A DNA stretch of 38,134 bases from Promethearchaeia archaeon (lineage in GTDB: Archaea > Asgardarchaeota > Lokiarchaeia > Sigyniarchaeales > SOKP01), in contig JAHQWH010000085.1 in NCBI GenBank assembly GCA_029856105.1, forward strand, positions 1 through 38,134. Direction: 5' to 3'. Shown here one piece after another: positions 37,233 through 38,134 of this stretch. Below the pieces are notes generated by a model. That model worked only from the letters and a program-made list of their open reading frames with translations, ran no database searches and was not told the origin of the DNA. The number at the start of each line of letters is the position of its first letter. Position 1 is the stretch's first letter. Both the position numbers and the translations under genes were made by a program.

Positions 37233-37631
37233 TTATAGTATTTCTTCTTGTTTTAGGTAAGATAGTAAGAAAAGAACAACTAAACTAACACCAACAATAT
37301 AAAATGTAATAGAACCTAAACCAAAAACGGGGATATTTAGTGACACAGCAACGAGCATTAAGATTAACCAAACAATTTCAGCTATCACAATAATTTTTAC
37401 TTCCTTCCATTCTTTTGCCATAAATCCAAATAATGAACTTATAGTAAATCCTGCCCCCGCAGCACCCACTACCATACTAAATGCTCCACCCTCAACAGAG
37501 TATGAAATCCCAAATAGAGGAGCACTAATTTCTGGAATCCAATAAAAAATCGTGAAAATCAGACCAAGTATAAAATGGATAAGGAAGGTGTATTTTGTGA
37601 ATTTTAAAATTTCATCAACCAATAATTTCAC
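37233..37631 (-). CDS. Four-TM hypothetical membrane protein
   Basis: Hydrophobic 132-aa ORF; exact start uncertain. Confidence 0.7.
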   Translation of the reverse strand: MKLLVDEILKFTKYTFLIHFILGLIFTIFYWIPEISAPLFGISYSVEGGAFSMVVGAAGAGFTISSLFGFMAKEWKEVKIIVIAEIVWLILMLVAVSLNIPVFGLGSITFYIVGVSLVVLFLLSYLKQEEIL

Positions 37632-37747
37632 CTTTTTTTGATATTTTTGTAAAATTCCAAATAAGGTTTAAGTTCATTATTTATTAAATTTTATTATTTA
37701 TTAGATTAATTAGATATTATAAATTAAAAAAAAGGAGTTTATGATAT

Positions 37748-38134
37748 ATGGCAGATTTAAATTTAGAAGTTATGTATTTTGAGAAGGGGGGCCTGCAGAA
37801 TACTGATAAAGCTTTAGAAATTGCGAAAAAATACGCTGATCAATTTGGTATAAAGGATGTCGTTATCGCCAGTACCACAGGAACTACCGCTGAAAAAGCT
37901 GCCGAAATCTTTAACCCAAAGGAATATAACGTAATGGTTGTGACCCACGCTTATTATTTTGTGAACAGTACAACAAGACAAGAATTTTTAGAGGAAAAAT
38001 TGAATAGTCTTAAGGAACTTGGCTTAAAATTTCATATTGGGACGCATTCAATGAGTGGCATTGAAAGAGGATTAAGATTGAAAAAAGAGGCTTGGCAATT
38101 TGTGGATTTATTTGCAAAGATGTTAGGATACCAC
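37748..38134 (+). CDS. Pyruvate kinase C-terminal-like archaeal protein (COG1751-like), partial
   Basis: MADLNLEVMYFEKGGLQNTDKAL...VVIASTTGTTA...VVTH, open to the window end; AGGAG SD. Confidence 0.85.
   Translation, partial: MADLNLEVMYFEKGGLQNTDKALEIAKKYADQFGIKDVVIASTTGTTAEKAAEIFNPKEYNVMVVTHAYYFVNSTTRQEFLEEKLNSLKELGLKFHIGTHSMSGIERGLRLKKEAWQFVDLFAKMLGYH

Noticed and set aside
1-38134. CRISPR array, tRNA, rRNA, transposase
   Set aside because: No regularly spaced repeats, cloverleafs, rRNA motifs or transposase motifs were seen by eye

Overview
AT-rich archaeal window whose gene content points to an Asgard archaeon, most like Lokiarchaeia: several Rab-like and longin-fused GTPases, a ubiquitin cluster and expanded 7TM-like membrane proteins. 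The main feature is a ~7 kb cluster (3910-11088) with a full ubiquitin-like conjugation set: a multi-TM protein with a C4HC3 RING-like finger, a Ubl ending GG-Y, an E2, an E1 and a JAMM protease. These sit next to an 882-aa longin/degenerate GTPase/helical-repeat/nitrilase fusion and a Rab-like GTPase. Also present are a ~260-nt candidate structured RNA (329-590), an NPRL2-type longin-Rab fusion, a CWH43-like membrane EEP protein, inverted GC-rich repeats around a two-gene cassette, several decayed 3' gene remnants lying right behind intact genes, and a run of metabolic and transport genes. No tRNA, rRNA, CRISPR array, transposase or integrase was recognised. All family assignments come from motif recognition by eye, not database searches.
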